Notes under the pieces: model-generated
The model's database searches: none
Seen by the model: the letters and a program-made list of their open reading frames with translations, nothing else
Told to the model about the DNA's origin: nothing
Position numbers and translations under genes: made by a program
NCBI GenBank assembly: GCA_012295275.1
Contig: CM022678.1
Location: 1,364,001 to 1,428,000, forward strand
Length of the DNA: 64,000 bases
From: Chrysomallon squamiferum
Lineage: Eukaryota; Animalia; Mollusca
Direction: 5' to 3'
Shown here: positions 38,119 to 51,434 of the stretch, in pieces
Position numbering within the stretch: the stretch's first letter is position 1
How the letters are laid out: each line of letters opens with the position of its first letter

Positions 38119-39236
38119 TGGAATTTTGCTGATGTCCGCAGAAATGTTGCTAACATTATCGCTGCTTTATTACTGCCAGTGTTGTTGTTCTTTTGTGTGT
38201 GTATGTTTATTTGTGTTTGTATAGACACACACACATACACAGACACATATATACATGTGCACACAGAGACAGAGAAATAGACAGACACACGCATACGCAC
38301 ACACGTCCACTTACAGATACACACACATACACATACACACCAACACACACACACACACATACATATATATATATGGTATTTTAGTTACGATTTATTTAAC
38401 ATACATATATTTATTTGATTTAATGTTATCCATACCTCATTTGATTTAAATGCGTGTGTATTTGTAAATGTACATAAGTATGTGTCTATATATATATATA
38501 TATAAACACATACGTATATTTATATTATATAAATACCCCGTCTCTCACAGAGAATTAATATTGTGATTCTAAATCATTCAGTTGTAAAAATCGAACTGCA
38601 AGTAAATGAATATAAAGAAGGCTTTCATAAATTAATACAAGTTTATAATTTCATTTTATTATATTTATAATTATAAATATTATTATTATTATTATTATTT
38701 TTTTTTTTTTTTTAATTCTGTTATAAAACGAGATAAAAACACTAACAGCTGAAACTAAATTTAAAAAGGGAAGTAATTCAAGCTGAACGAGGAGTTATAG
38801 TGCTAAACTTTACCGACATGGCGCCTTTAATGACACGTTTTGAATTAAAAAGGAGGACGGTAAATCATGATCAAATTTCTTATTAAATATTTCTGTGTCT
38901 GGTTTCAGCTTGTTTTATATGAGTAATGCATAGCATTTGTCTTACTGTGTGTATTAGTATATGTGTGTTTTTATGTATGGATGACTGTGTTTGTGCGCGC
39001 ACGGGTCCGAGAATGTAACTATTCATGGGTGTTTCGTGTGTGAAAGCGTGTGTTTGTATTTCAGATGGCATCAACGGGAGTGTGAATGTGTGAATGTGTG
39101 AATGCGCGTTTGTGATCGAATGCGATGGTTTATATACGTATATGTTTGTCTATCAGTGCATGAATGTGAGTTGGTGTGTTTTTTATGTGAATGCAGCGTG
39201 CGTGTAACTGTTGAGTTTTTGCATGTTTTTTAGTAA

Positions 39237-39343
<107 letters not shown>

Positions 39344-39731
39344 TATGAATGTCTTCGAGTGTTTTTCTGTGTTCTTTTTTTTTAATGTTTTTGTGTGAAT
39401 GTTTGTGTTTGTACGTTTGAGTATATCGGTGAGTTTATTTATATAAAAATACATGTTTATGTTTGACTGTCAAGGAAAGATAATATATGTCTGTATTTAC
39501 ATGTACCTGTCTGTATTTCTTATTATTCAACTGTCATATATTTCGTAGTAAACAATGATCTGCACACACACACACACACACTGACTCATACACTTTTTTG
39601 CAGGGGGGATGTCTACCAGTCACGACCCTCCAATAATTTGTCCTGGTGTTTTGTGTGTGTGTGTGTGTGTGTGTGTCTGTGTTTGTGTGTTTGTGACTCT
39701 GTCTGTGTGTGTGTGTGTGACTGTGTGTGTC

Positions 39732-39763
<32 letters not shown>

Positions 39764-40004
39764 TGTGACTGTGTGTGTGTGTGTGTGTGTATGACTGACT
39801 CACGGATATAAACAGAGACACAGACAAGACAAACAGAGAGGTAGAAATAGAGACAGACAGACAGACAGCATGTACTTTAAGAAATATTCCTCACAGTCAA
39901 GTAACAAGTATTTATTAACAATTTGCACAGCTTGTGAAAATGCCACTAAATTAATTTAATACACAATTAACTTTCTTCAAAATTATAGCATTTTATACCA
40001 GAAG

Positions 40005-40060
<56 letters not shown>

Positions 40061-40124
40061 TTTAAAAATAAATAATTAAAAGGTAGAATATACAAAAAAG
40101 AAAAAGTAATTAATCAAAGATAGC

Positions 40125-40650
40125 CAAGAATTAAAGTTACAAAAAAAGAGAACACTGAAATAAAAAATGGAAAGGTAGAACGTTAATTAAACTTAAATAA
40201 CAAAAAAAAAAAAAGGCAGAATTTAAATTTAAAAGAAAAAAAATCTACACATAAAAATAAAAATAATTAAAAAAAAAGGACTAATAAATAATGAAATTGG
40301 AATTTTTGAAAAGAAAAAAGGTGGAATTAAATTGGAAAAAACGAACAAAATCTGAGCCCAGAATTAAAGTTGTGACAAAAAAGAAATAAAAAATGGAAAG
40401 GTAGAAATGGCGTTAATTAAAATTAAATAACAATTTCAATTTCCGAATGTAAAAAGGGAAAAAAAAAGAAAAGCTAGGCAGAATTTAAATTTAAAAAGAA
40501 AAAAAAAAATCTACACATAATGTATAAAAATATTTAAAAAAAGGACTAATAACAATAATGAAATTGGAATTTTTTGAAAAGAAACAAAGGTGGAATTGAA
40601 ATTGGAAAAAAACGAACAAAATCTGAGCCCAGTAATTAGAGTTGTGACGG
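40125..40650. repeat. Direct duplication of ~230-270 bp
   Basis: gaaataaaaaatggaaaggtaga at ~40157 and ~40383; aaaatctgagcccag at ~40347 and ~40618. Confidence 0.85.
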
Positions 40651-41274
40651 GAAATTGTGAATGTATTTCATCCATTATGTATTGTAGACACGCCGCAACA
40701 AATGGCGCGAATATAATTAAAATTACACTGTTCCTTCCTCACTGACTAGAGATTTCAATTTCCGGTGGCACGGGCTAAAACGCGGGACGGGGGAAATTGA
40801 AAGAACAATAGCGACGACGAATGTTAATAAGCTATCAAAATGCAAAGCAAACATTGTCGACATTCAGTACTATTGGACTTTACTACCAGGTACAATAGTA
40901 TGAACGGATACATGTAAAGTGTACACACTGTTAATATTTATCTTGTATCTTTGTAACAGAACAAAAGTGTAGTGAATGGTATTTTTAGTAAAAGTGTAGT
41001 GTACTGTTAGTATTTAGCACTGTAAAGTGTAGTGTACTTTTAGTATTTAGCTTACTGTGAAGTTTGGTGTACGACGCCAGAGGATCGATCCTTGGTGTCG
41101 ACTCAAAGTGACCCGCTGCTTCACAAAGTGTGCAAAAAGCCAGTGAGAGTGATTGCCTTTATTAAAAGCCTAAGAAAAACTTTGTGTTTCTTACTTCCAT
41201 ACGTACATACACACAAACATATGTCCACACACACACGCACATATACATTTACATACATATATACACACACACAG

Positions 41275-41329
<55 letters not shown>

Positions 41330-42439
41330 CATACACACATACACACATATATACATATATACATTTTAATAAAGAGTGTCATTCGTGTCGCATTAGTAGT
41401 AAATCACGGAGAAGAATTAACAAAAATCTTAAATTAATATCCGCTACAAACTACATAAGACATTCAGTTTTGACGTCCTTGATGCAATTTTGGATAACAT
41501 CTCATTTTCAAAATGGCGTCGTCCACAACGGCCTTTTATTTTTTTATTTCATTTTTTTTTTTTTTTTTTTTTTTATTTTTTATTTTTTATTATCTGAAAC
41601 AACCCATGCGCCACAGAGGATCGTTTACTTTGCAATAATTTTTCAAGTTGTTAACCGAGTCAGTTGTGTAGAATACAGCACTGAACACAATCGTGCATTG
41701 TCGCAATACTGACTCCTTTATGAACCAGAACGGGAAATTGACACGCGAGTCTATCTCACGTCGTGGCGGGTATTGTCAGCTTGGTGAACTACACTTTTGT
41801 CGGCTATTGAGAATATTCACTTTAATTAGGCGAGGTGTGAATACGTGAATTTGTGTCAGGGATCGTGAAAAGTACAAAAAGTTATGTACGCGATTGTAAT
41901 GTATACAAGATAAAATAAAGAGATAGGTGTACTGTATACAGACGTATATATATAAAAAAAAAAACCAAAGAAGCAAGCATGTACAGAGTTGTGGTTTGAA
42001 AGCTATAAAAGGTGTACATTTATTTAATTTGAAAACGAGTGACAGAAGAAAAAAAAATTAAATAAACGTAACCGACTGATGAATAGGCAGACTCCCTAGC
42101 ACATTTCTATTTCTGTTCTTCATTTCTTTATTTTTTTTTTTGTTTGTTCAATATATACATATATTTAATTGCAAGTGGGGAAAGAATTTGACGTTGATGA
42201 AATAGGTAAATATTTACATACGTAGATATGCCGTTACGCCTTAGCAATCAAATATGTATATTACATATATGTATGTAATAAGTATTTGTATAATACCGTA
42301 TTGTATGTGTGACCTCTTACCATAGACGTACAAAAACGTTTTGTGTGTGTGTGTGTGCGTTTTTTGTGTGTGTGTGTGTGTGTGTGTGTAGTTTCTTTTT
42401 CTATTCTGTCGTGTGTGTTTGTATTTCGACAAGTACTAA

Positions 42440-44718
42440 TTATTACTACAGCGACAAAACAATCTCTACTCGTATTGCTACAACAACAACTACTGTTAGA
42501 ACGTCTGCCATTATCAACACTATCAGTTACCATACCACTCCACTACAGCTGCTGCTACTACTACTACTACTACAACAATTACCGCCACTATTTCTGTTAT
42601 TAACAACTACGACAAACAGCTACTACTACTGTTACAAACTCCGCCCTCGCAACGTCATCACTGCGGCTATTATTATTAATCTTTGTTCTTTTGATTATCA
42701 ATACTCGTCCTGTTGGAACGGATGTGCAAACGACGGAGGTGACAACGTGGGTGATGTCGTAAATCACGATGTTTACCGAGCGGCTGAAAAAACGACAATT
42801 AACGTCGTCGCTTGTGGACTCGACCACTTGGAGCTGAATAAATCATAAATTCTGTCGAGTAACAGTCGCAGCGGTGATTGTAGCTGTCTGGTACCGATAG
42901 AAGCAGCCGACGTCGTTGTAGTAGTTGTTGCTGCTGGCACCGATAAAAGCATTCGACGTCGTTGTAGTTAGTACCGATAGAAGCAGACGACGTCGTTGTA
43001 GTTGGTACCGATAGAAGCAGACGACGTCGTTGTATATGTTGCTGCTGTTGTGGTAGCGGTGGTTGTAGTAGTATAGGAATTGAAGAGTCTCTGTCTTATT
43101 AATAGTAGTAGTAGTAGCAGCAGCAGCAGCAGCAGTAGTGTTAGTAGCAGTAGTAGTACAGTAATTGTACTAGTAGAACTTGCCGTGGGAACGGTTGTAG
43201 TAGTAGTAGCAGTAGTTTGAGGGTGTTCGTGTTGGCAGCAATAGTATCTATATTAATAATGGTTATAATGGTTGAAAAGGTGCTGCCAAAGTGGCTGATG
43301 ACGCAGCAGCGGTAATGGTATTAGCAATAGCAGCGACAACAACATCATCAGTAGCAGAAACTGTAGTAGTAGTAGCATATCACTAGCAGACAGCCACTGT
43401 AACCAACTGTTCAGCATCAGCAACATCATTTAAATTATGCGAAACATTTTACGAATTACTTTCCGGTCAGACTTTTATATCCGTCCGTCTGTCTGTCTGT
43501 CTACCTATTGATAATACTAAAACACAGAAAATTCATTTATATTAAAAACATTTAATGCAACAACAACAACAACAACTTAAAAGAAAAAAAGAAAAGCGCG
43601 AACAAACATTAATGATAATAAAGTATCTTTTAAAATATATCAAACAGCTAACTTATCTTCACCGACAAACACGCACAAGCATTAAGCCACGCATAATGTG
43701 GTGTTTTCCAAACAACAAACTTTAAATTCCTTTTATTTTTTTTTTTTTTTTTTTTTTCTTAATTTACTCTTAAATTGTCAGTCCATGCTATCATCAACTC
43801 TTGTTATTGTCAGTGCTTTGGATACGCGGTTTACCGAGTCCTTATAGAGTCAGCTGTTTCGATTCGTTGCTGGTTTTTTTTTTTTATATTTAATAAGCGT
43901 TATGAACCCAATATGGCCGCCTTCCTTTACAGCTACGTGCCAAACACAACGGAAAGCTCTTCACATTCTCTGATAAGATAATTCAACAAGCACCTAGATA
44001 TGTGCTGTGTCACTGTGGCCTTTTGTTTCAGCTGTAGTCGCAGTAGCAATAGTAGATTTGTTAAAGTTTTAGTAGTAACAGTGGTAGTAATGGCAGCAGT
44101 AGTAGCAGCAGTAGTAGTAGTAGTAGCAGTAGTAGCAGTAGTAGTAGTAGTAGTTGCTGTTAATGATGTTGTTATTGTGGTGGTGGTGGTAGTGGTATGG
44201 AGTAGTTGTAGTAATAGTAGTAATAAAAATAGCAATAGTAGTAGTAGTAGTAAGTATAAGTAGTAGTAGTAGTAGTAGTAATAGTAGAAATAACAGTAGT
44301 AATAGCAGTAGTAGTAGTATTAATCGTTAGCAGTGATATGATTACCGCAGAAGACGTTGTTGTTGTCATCACCATCGTTATTATTATTATTATTATTATT
44401 ATTATCATATCATATTAAATTAATAAACGAGAATATGTGTTTTATAGAAAAATACTATCTACTGACGTCATCAAAAGCTAATTAATCAAATGATAGGCTG
44501 TCTATTATTGTTTAATAAGGCGTCGTTATGACAACGTGTTTGCTATTGTTATTATTAAGTCACACCTAATGCAAGTTATTACATGTGTAAATAATAAATT
44601 ATCCGAGATATTGTTTCAGAAAGACGAAGATTTAATACATACCCGGATTAGGACGAGATCGTATTTTACATATTAAGGTGTGGATATTTGTTTTGTTTGG
44701 TTTTTTTCTCGGATTTTT

Positions 44719-44760
<42 letters not shown>

Positions 44761-45463
44761 AGGCGATCCCACGGTTGAGATCATGCTTTGTATTCATCGC
44801 ATCATCATTACCATTTAGTTATTAAAAATAATTTGTAATGGTAGAAATTACAGTAAATAACTACAGTAATATTAACTGTTGTGGTATTAATATAAGACGG
44901 CATCGTAGAAGAGCGGTTGTAGTAGCAGTTGCATGAGAGGTAGTAGTAGTAGTAGTAGTGGTGGTGGTTGTTGTAGTAGCAGTAATAGTAATAGTAGAGG
45001 TAATAGTGGCAATAATAGTAGTTTTTGTGCTAGTGGTAATATCAGTAGTAGCAAGAGTAACAGAACTTTAGTAGTAGAAGGCATAATAGTAGTAGCTGTA
45101 GTAGTAATAGCATTAGTAGTGGCAGAAGGTGTAATACTTGTAGTCGTAGTTGTAGTGGTAGTAGCAATAGTAACAACAGTAGCTACTGTTGTAAACATTT
45201 CATATCTATTTATAACCATTGTTTATAACCTTGGCCAAAGGGCAACACATGCACGCACATACAAAAAAGAACGAAAAAAGAAAGAAAGAAAGAAAAAAAA
45301 AAAACAGGGATGAAATGAGTTGTTTAATATTAATGATAGTTTAATTGGAAACTTTTAAAAGCTGGTATTTTAATTTAGCACTTTCAATGGCAGCTTTTTA
45401 AAATTATTTATATATTTATATTTATTTTTTTATTATTATTTTTTCTTCTATTGTGATTTTGAA

Positions 45464-45524
<61 letters not shown>

Positions 45525-45610
45525 GTAATAGTAATAATAATAATAATAGTAACGATAACGATAACAGTAACGATAACAGTAACAATAACAATAATAATAA
45601 TAATAATAAC
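42440..45610. repeat. Zone of mixed (AGT/AGC/GTT/AAT)n low-complexity microsatellites
   Basis: Direct reading; source of the poly-T/V/S/L/I ORFs. Confidence 0.8.
42891..43035. repeat. 34-bp CpG-rich repeat x4 (gtaccgatagaagcagacgacgtcgttgtagtt)
   Basis: Copies at 42891, ~42937, 42971 and 43005; contains the palindrome ACGACGTCGT. Confidence 0.85.
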
Positions 45611-45887
45611 AATAATAAATGTCATATTTATTCGTCTATTTTCTTAATAGTTTATATTACCTAGAATCCTACCATGTTTATTACACGGGACAGAATTAAT
45701 ATCGTCGATAATATCGATTTTCTATCGAAACACTTCCGCTTATGTCGTAAATATTTAAGCAAACAATCATGGAGAATCGAAGAAAATGGGAAACAAGCGT
45801 TAATAATGAATTCATGATTATTCAGAAATCTCTATTCATTTCTCTTCAGGAAATTATTGGTCCTGAAATTTCTTGGCGAACTTTTGC

Positions 45888-46123
45888 TGACCCAGATACA
45901 TAATTAGTGCGACACTGCAATGACCTAGTTACATAATTATTTGGGGATCTGGTCTGACCTAATTACATAATTACTACCCCGTTGTGTCGACCTAGTTACA
46001 TAATTATTTTACTGCGATTGTCTAGTTTTCCAATTATTGTCGAACTTACATAATTAGCAGGAAGTTGTGATGACCTAGCTATATAATTATGCTACTGACT
46101 GACCTAGTTAAATAATTACGTCA
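45888..46123. promoter_or_regulatory. Array of ~8 composite RORE/D-box elements (TGACCTAGTTACATAATTAT) separated by unique spacers
   Basis: The reverse complement ATAATTATGTAACTAGGTCA contains the D-box TTATGTAA and the RORE TAACTAGGTCA. Copies at 45888, 45921, 45955, 45988, (46019), (46041), 46071 and 46100. Confidence 0.7.
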
Positions 46124-46484
46124 CTGCATTATACCCATTACGTGATAACCACGTCATTATTTTAACCTCTGTGAGCCTCTATAAAAACTCAGTTAAGGGT
46201 TTATGCAACGCGAAATGTGAAAGGAACATTTGTAAATGTCAAACTCCATGAAATATTGGTTGATATTAGAAATGGTCTGCGGTGTGTAATACAGGTCGTA
46301 CCATATAAGTTTCAAAACGAGGCTATTCTCGCGCCAGCCTACTTACTGAATAACATTTCTACATAAATCTGTCTATAAAGTTGTTGACAAATAATTTGGA
46401 TGTATATTTTTTTTTTTGTACCGATAGTCATTTATATTATTTTTTCTTACAGTGTTCATGCATACTGGAGCTTAAATGTATTAC

Positions 46485-46535
<51 letters not shown>

Positions 46536-47188
46536 AGCATACCTATCGAGACTTGTTATTTTTTTCTTCTAAATATACATTTTACCGATCAAATCTATTG
46601 TGATAATAACAAAACAGTCTATTTTGTTTAATATTATTATTAATTAAAAGTAATCATAATAGTAGTTATTAACATTTTATTAAGCATTAATTCTTTCTTT
46701 GATACATTTTTATCGAAATTAATATCCATTAAATGCTGCTTTCGCAGTGTTAAAGTTTGTAATAAAAAGTTCTCACAACATCTACACGTTCGGACAGATA
46801 CGTAATTACCCCGTCCGAACGTCCGTTTGTCCCACCCCCATGCCGCACTATTTATTATACGGACACACAAATCAAATGACAGCGAATTCTTTATTGCATA
46901 TTTATTACCGCTAATATCTGTGGCTTTCTTGGACTCACGTTTTTCGAAAAACACAGCTGTTCGTTCGCTCGTTCGCTCGTTCGTTCGTTTGTTTTGTTTT
47001 GTTTTGTTCGTTTTGTTTACTGTGTTTGTTTCAATGCAACTGAACAAGTAGAAATTCTGTTTTAATGTAATAACGCGGAACGCCAAGGACAAATTCCACC
47101 TAGTAAATCAAATATGGCCGATTTGTTTAGCAAATTCAATTCCTCCTTCGTTCTTTGAGGTCCGATGATTTACGAAGAAAAATAAATA

Positions 47189-47224
<36 letters not shown>

Positions 47225-47418
47225 ACGAAAATTGTACTCTTCTTTGAAGTACGAACGAATAAATCTACTGCGTATTAAACTGAGACATTTCGCGTTCAAG
47301 CCATTGCCCCGTGACTGATTGATGAAAGATGATATATATATATATACACACACACACACACCAGACCACACATTACTACTACTACTACTACTACTACTAC
47401 TAATAATAATAATAATAA

Positions 47419-47449
<31 letters not shown>

Positions 47450-47520
47450 AAGGCAACGAAGAAAAATGGTTATGATAAAATAATCATAATGTTAATGTGT
47501 ATCTATCTATCTATATAGAC

Positions 47521-47614
<94 letters not shown>

Positions 47615-47637
47615 ATGTAAATATAGATCTATACCGG

Positions 47638-47679
<42 letters not shown>

Positions 47680-48199
47680 GTGACAAGTGTTTGTAAGAAA
47701 ACAAGGTTTGTGTGTCTATTTTATGACTCTATTCAGAGGTTAAAAACGAAAATGTTGACATGAAAGTAAATTTCAAAGGAGACGATCGGGTCACCTAAAG
47801 GTGCGTTAAAACCAGGCAACTTGTTAAATACAACTAACTCTATGTACAAAAATCGAAACGTTTTGATGTTTTATGCAGTTCTTTATAAACGGTGATTTGT
47901 TTTTACGTGCAGAAAAATAAAATTAAACGGTCGTTAAGACAACAGAACTATAAAGGGACACAACTATTGCGTTTATTCACATTTATCGTGTTCTGAATAG
48001 TTTAAAGTGTGCGATTTATTTCGAGAAGTGAAATATGCTCTAGTAGTTACACCTCGGACGTTAAAACGACAAAGGTGCACTCATAAAACATAGTACAATA
48101 CCGTATGTTCAAGTTGGTAAGATTTGTTGTTTAGTGTTTTTCTTCTTTTATTTATGTATTGTTTTCAATTTTTTACAGCGTTTATTTCATTGTAATTAT

Positions 48200-48230
<31 letters not shown>

Positions 48231-48451
48231 TTTGTATTTATTTATTTATTTATTTTTGTGTATTTTATTAAACTACTTTTTTTTTTTCTTTTTTTTTTTT
48301 TTTTTACTTATTCAACATATCTGGTAATTTTTTACACATTTATTTATTGTTGTTTGTTTTCAGTCTATTTTTTCTCTCTCTATTATAACATTAAAAAAAA
48401 AAAAATTTTTTAATACAAAACAAAACACCCTTTTGTATGTATATATGAATG

Positions 48452-48561
<110 letters not shown>

Positions 48562-49501
48562 CTAGTATTACCCGTCAGTTAAAGGCAGCTATTACATTCC
48601 AGTTGAAACAAAACGAGTGACTTTCTTTAATAAAATATCTCGGCGCAAACAGTTTTATGTCACCTCTTCAGCTTGGCTAGTCTGTACACAGCGTGGAGGA
48701 CGTCGTCAACATTGAACGAGCAATGATAATCACAACAATAGACTATTTGTTTAGTTCTTGAAACAACAGGATTACTTCAAACAATTTAAACAATCTTATC
48801 CTTTTGTTACCGAACACCGTTGCAGTAAATAGCAGATTAGACCAGAATTAGTTACATTTAGACTGACGGGATTCTTTTTTTTTTTTTTATTTTTTTTTTT
48901 ATTTTTTTTTTTTTTTTTTTTTTTGCTAGAAGAAGTAGAAGAAGAAGAAAGAAAGAAAGAATCAAAAAAAAAAGACGTCAAATTTAATTTACTGAGAGAA
49001 ATATTGTTACTATATTTTGTGACGTCAGCACCTTCGGAAAGTTAAATACACGGAGTCCTTGTAACGTACCCAGACAGGGTGACATATGCATATATATTAA
49101 ACAATTTATTGAGCAATATATAACAGTGTAGTATAGACTAATAGGGTACGTAATAATTAAACATTCGACGTCTACATACATGTAGCAGTTTCAAACTTTA
49201 AAAATATAACACGAGACACAGCGACAGAGAGAGAGAGTGACAAAGTGAGACTCTGAGAAAGACAGAATAAAAAAGAGTGACAAAGAGAGACAGAGAGAGA
49301 CAAAGAGAGACAGAGACAGAGATAGAGAGAAAAATAATCCTAAAAAAAAAAAAAAAAAAAAAAAAAAACCAACCTTTTAAAAATTATGAACTTAAAAATA
49401 ATAATAAAAATAAATAAAATAAATAAATTAATAAAAATACAGAAAATTCATTAGAGACCAATCATAAAGAAGCTGGTTTCAAACTAAATAAAATAACCTA
49501 A

Positions 49502-49538
<37 letters not shown>

Positions 49539-49548
49539 GTATATTTAC

Positions 49549-49945
49549 CTAAACTTTCATTCCTTCTTTTCAGCATATTCCCATAAATCACAGCACACAG
49601 AGTTTTGCTACAACAGACACAATGTAAGCATATTAAAAACCTCGCTCAAAACATCCCAGTGTTCGCGTTTTGGACGTAACCCCAGCCCGGATCACCTAAA
49701 CCGCTACTGAATAAAGATCTGTATTGTATTCGGGTGCGCCGATCATCAGCCTTTCGTTCGCCGTCTCTTCTCGGTGTTTATTGGCTAAGCGTTCGGCAAG
49801 CTTCGTGAGATTACGTTAATAATTCAGCCGGTAGCGTGTTTGATTGACGCGTGACTGGCCGCGTTAAAACAAGACTGAATTATTAAACTGTTTACATGTG
49901 TGGCGTGTGCAGAAGTCGCTTTCGTCTCGCCAGATCACGTGATGC
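49549..49945 (-). promoter_or_regulatory. Putative promoter and non-coding first exon (Inr TCAGT at 49710-49706, CCAAT at 49784-49780, E-box TCACGTGA at 49935-49942, donor AG|GTAAAT at 49549/49548)
   Basis: GC/CpG-rich island with core-promoter motifs in a plausible order; no ORF. Confidence 0.4.
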
Positions 49946-50037
49946 TGTCGTTCTTTCGCCTCTCTGTCTGGCTGTCTTTTCATCTATATCTGATACACTT
50001 ACGAATATTTCTAATAATATTGTTTCTTGATACAGGT

Positions 50038-50111
<74 letters not shown>

Positions 50112-51374
50112 TTTTCTTTATTTTTCTGTTCCTCTGTTACTCTTGAAATCTTTATTTACGGGTTTAAATTGTATTTCTGCAAATTTGTCTTTAAAACAAA
50201 ATAAAATCAAAATCAAAAAAAAAAAAAAAAAAAATAAAATAAAAAAAAAAAAAATAGAAAAGAAAGAAAGAAAGAAAAAGAAATTAAGAAAAAAAATATT
50301 AATTAAAAATAAATAAATACAAATCTTTAAGTACATAACATTTCATTACCAATAACTATAAATTCTCAGCCGACAAATCTACCAGCAAGTGTCGTCGAAA
50401 ACGTACGAACTAACACGAAGTTTTCCGAATGAATCATAAGCTAAACATTTAGGCGAAACCAGAGTAGTAAGCAGGCCAGTGTCATGACTGGCAATTCAAA
50501 AACAAGATTTATATTTTTTTGATGACAAGGCACGTTGTTAGGTCTTACAAGACTTTTCCATTTTTCATACTGAGCAAAAATATCACTTAAATTCCGAGAC
50601 ACAATGCGTTCTCGCAAAATCTCACAACAGACGAACAAAAAAAGGCCACGGAAAAAGTGATAAACAACATATTGTATATTCGTGATTAGTATGCACGCAC
50701 ACGAACCGAATAACAGTATTCTACTTTTCATTTTATTACTATTATTTTTTAAATTTCATTTCGTGTTTTTATTTTAAATTTAATTTTTTTTTATTTTATA
50801 TGAATTTATTTCAAATAAACAGAAAGTAGTTGTTTTTTTCTTGCTGAATATTTTATTCATCTGTCATAATACTATACGAACTACTTTTAAAGGACAAATA
50901 AATAAAAACAGCGTAAACAAATCGTGTTCATTTTAATTAATTAATTAATTAATTAATATGGTGTGTCCTATGGATATTTTGCTTGATATGCCTGTATGTA
51001 TATATTGATATTATTATGTATGTATTTATGTATCTTGAACGTGACACTGTCGACCCCACATTACCCGTTCCTCCCCATCACTCCACCCTGACACCAATAA
51101 ATGCATTTATGAAATTTGTTTGACGTCATAGCTGACCTAGCAGCACGCTGCTTCAGCACTATCGTTTCTCCATCTGTGCTCCTTTCATTTTCAATAACGT
51201 CATGATTGATTGAAGCAGACGGCTGCCGATACATTTACCGCCAAGCGATCAAACTATGACTACGAGTGAGACTGTGAATGGTTATATGTTATTAATGTCA
51301 AAGAACGGATGCAATTTATATCTTCGACATGGAAAATCTTTCCATTCCAGTTCCAGGATTTGCAGACTGTGAAA

Positions 51375-51434
<60 letters not shown>

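Noticed and set aside
41092-41712. 206-aa ORF
   Set aside because: Built largely from (AC)/(AT) microsatellites and poly-T, with a non-ATG start and no domain.
42261-45625. Mucin-like or poly-T/V/S ORFs
   Set aside because: Low-complexity trinucleotide runs lacking stops by composition; no consistent frame or splice structure.
45888-46123. CRISPR array (repeat plus unique spacers)
   Set aside because: The repeat (20 nt) and spacers (13-14 nt) are too short, the context is eukaryotic, and the repeat is better explained by transcription-factor motifs.
46640-47092. 150-aa minus-strand ORF
   Set aside because: TTG start, simple-repeat content and no recognisable motif.
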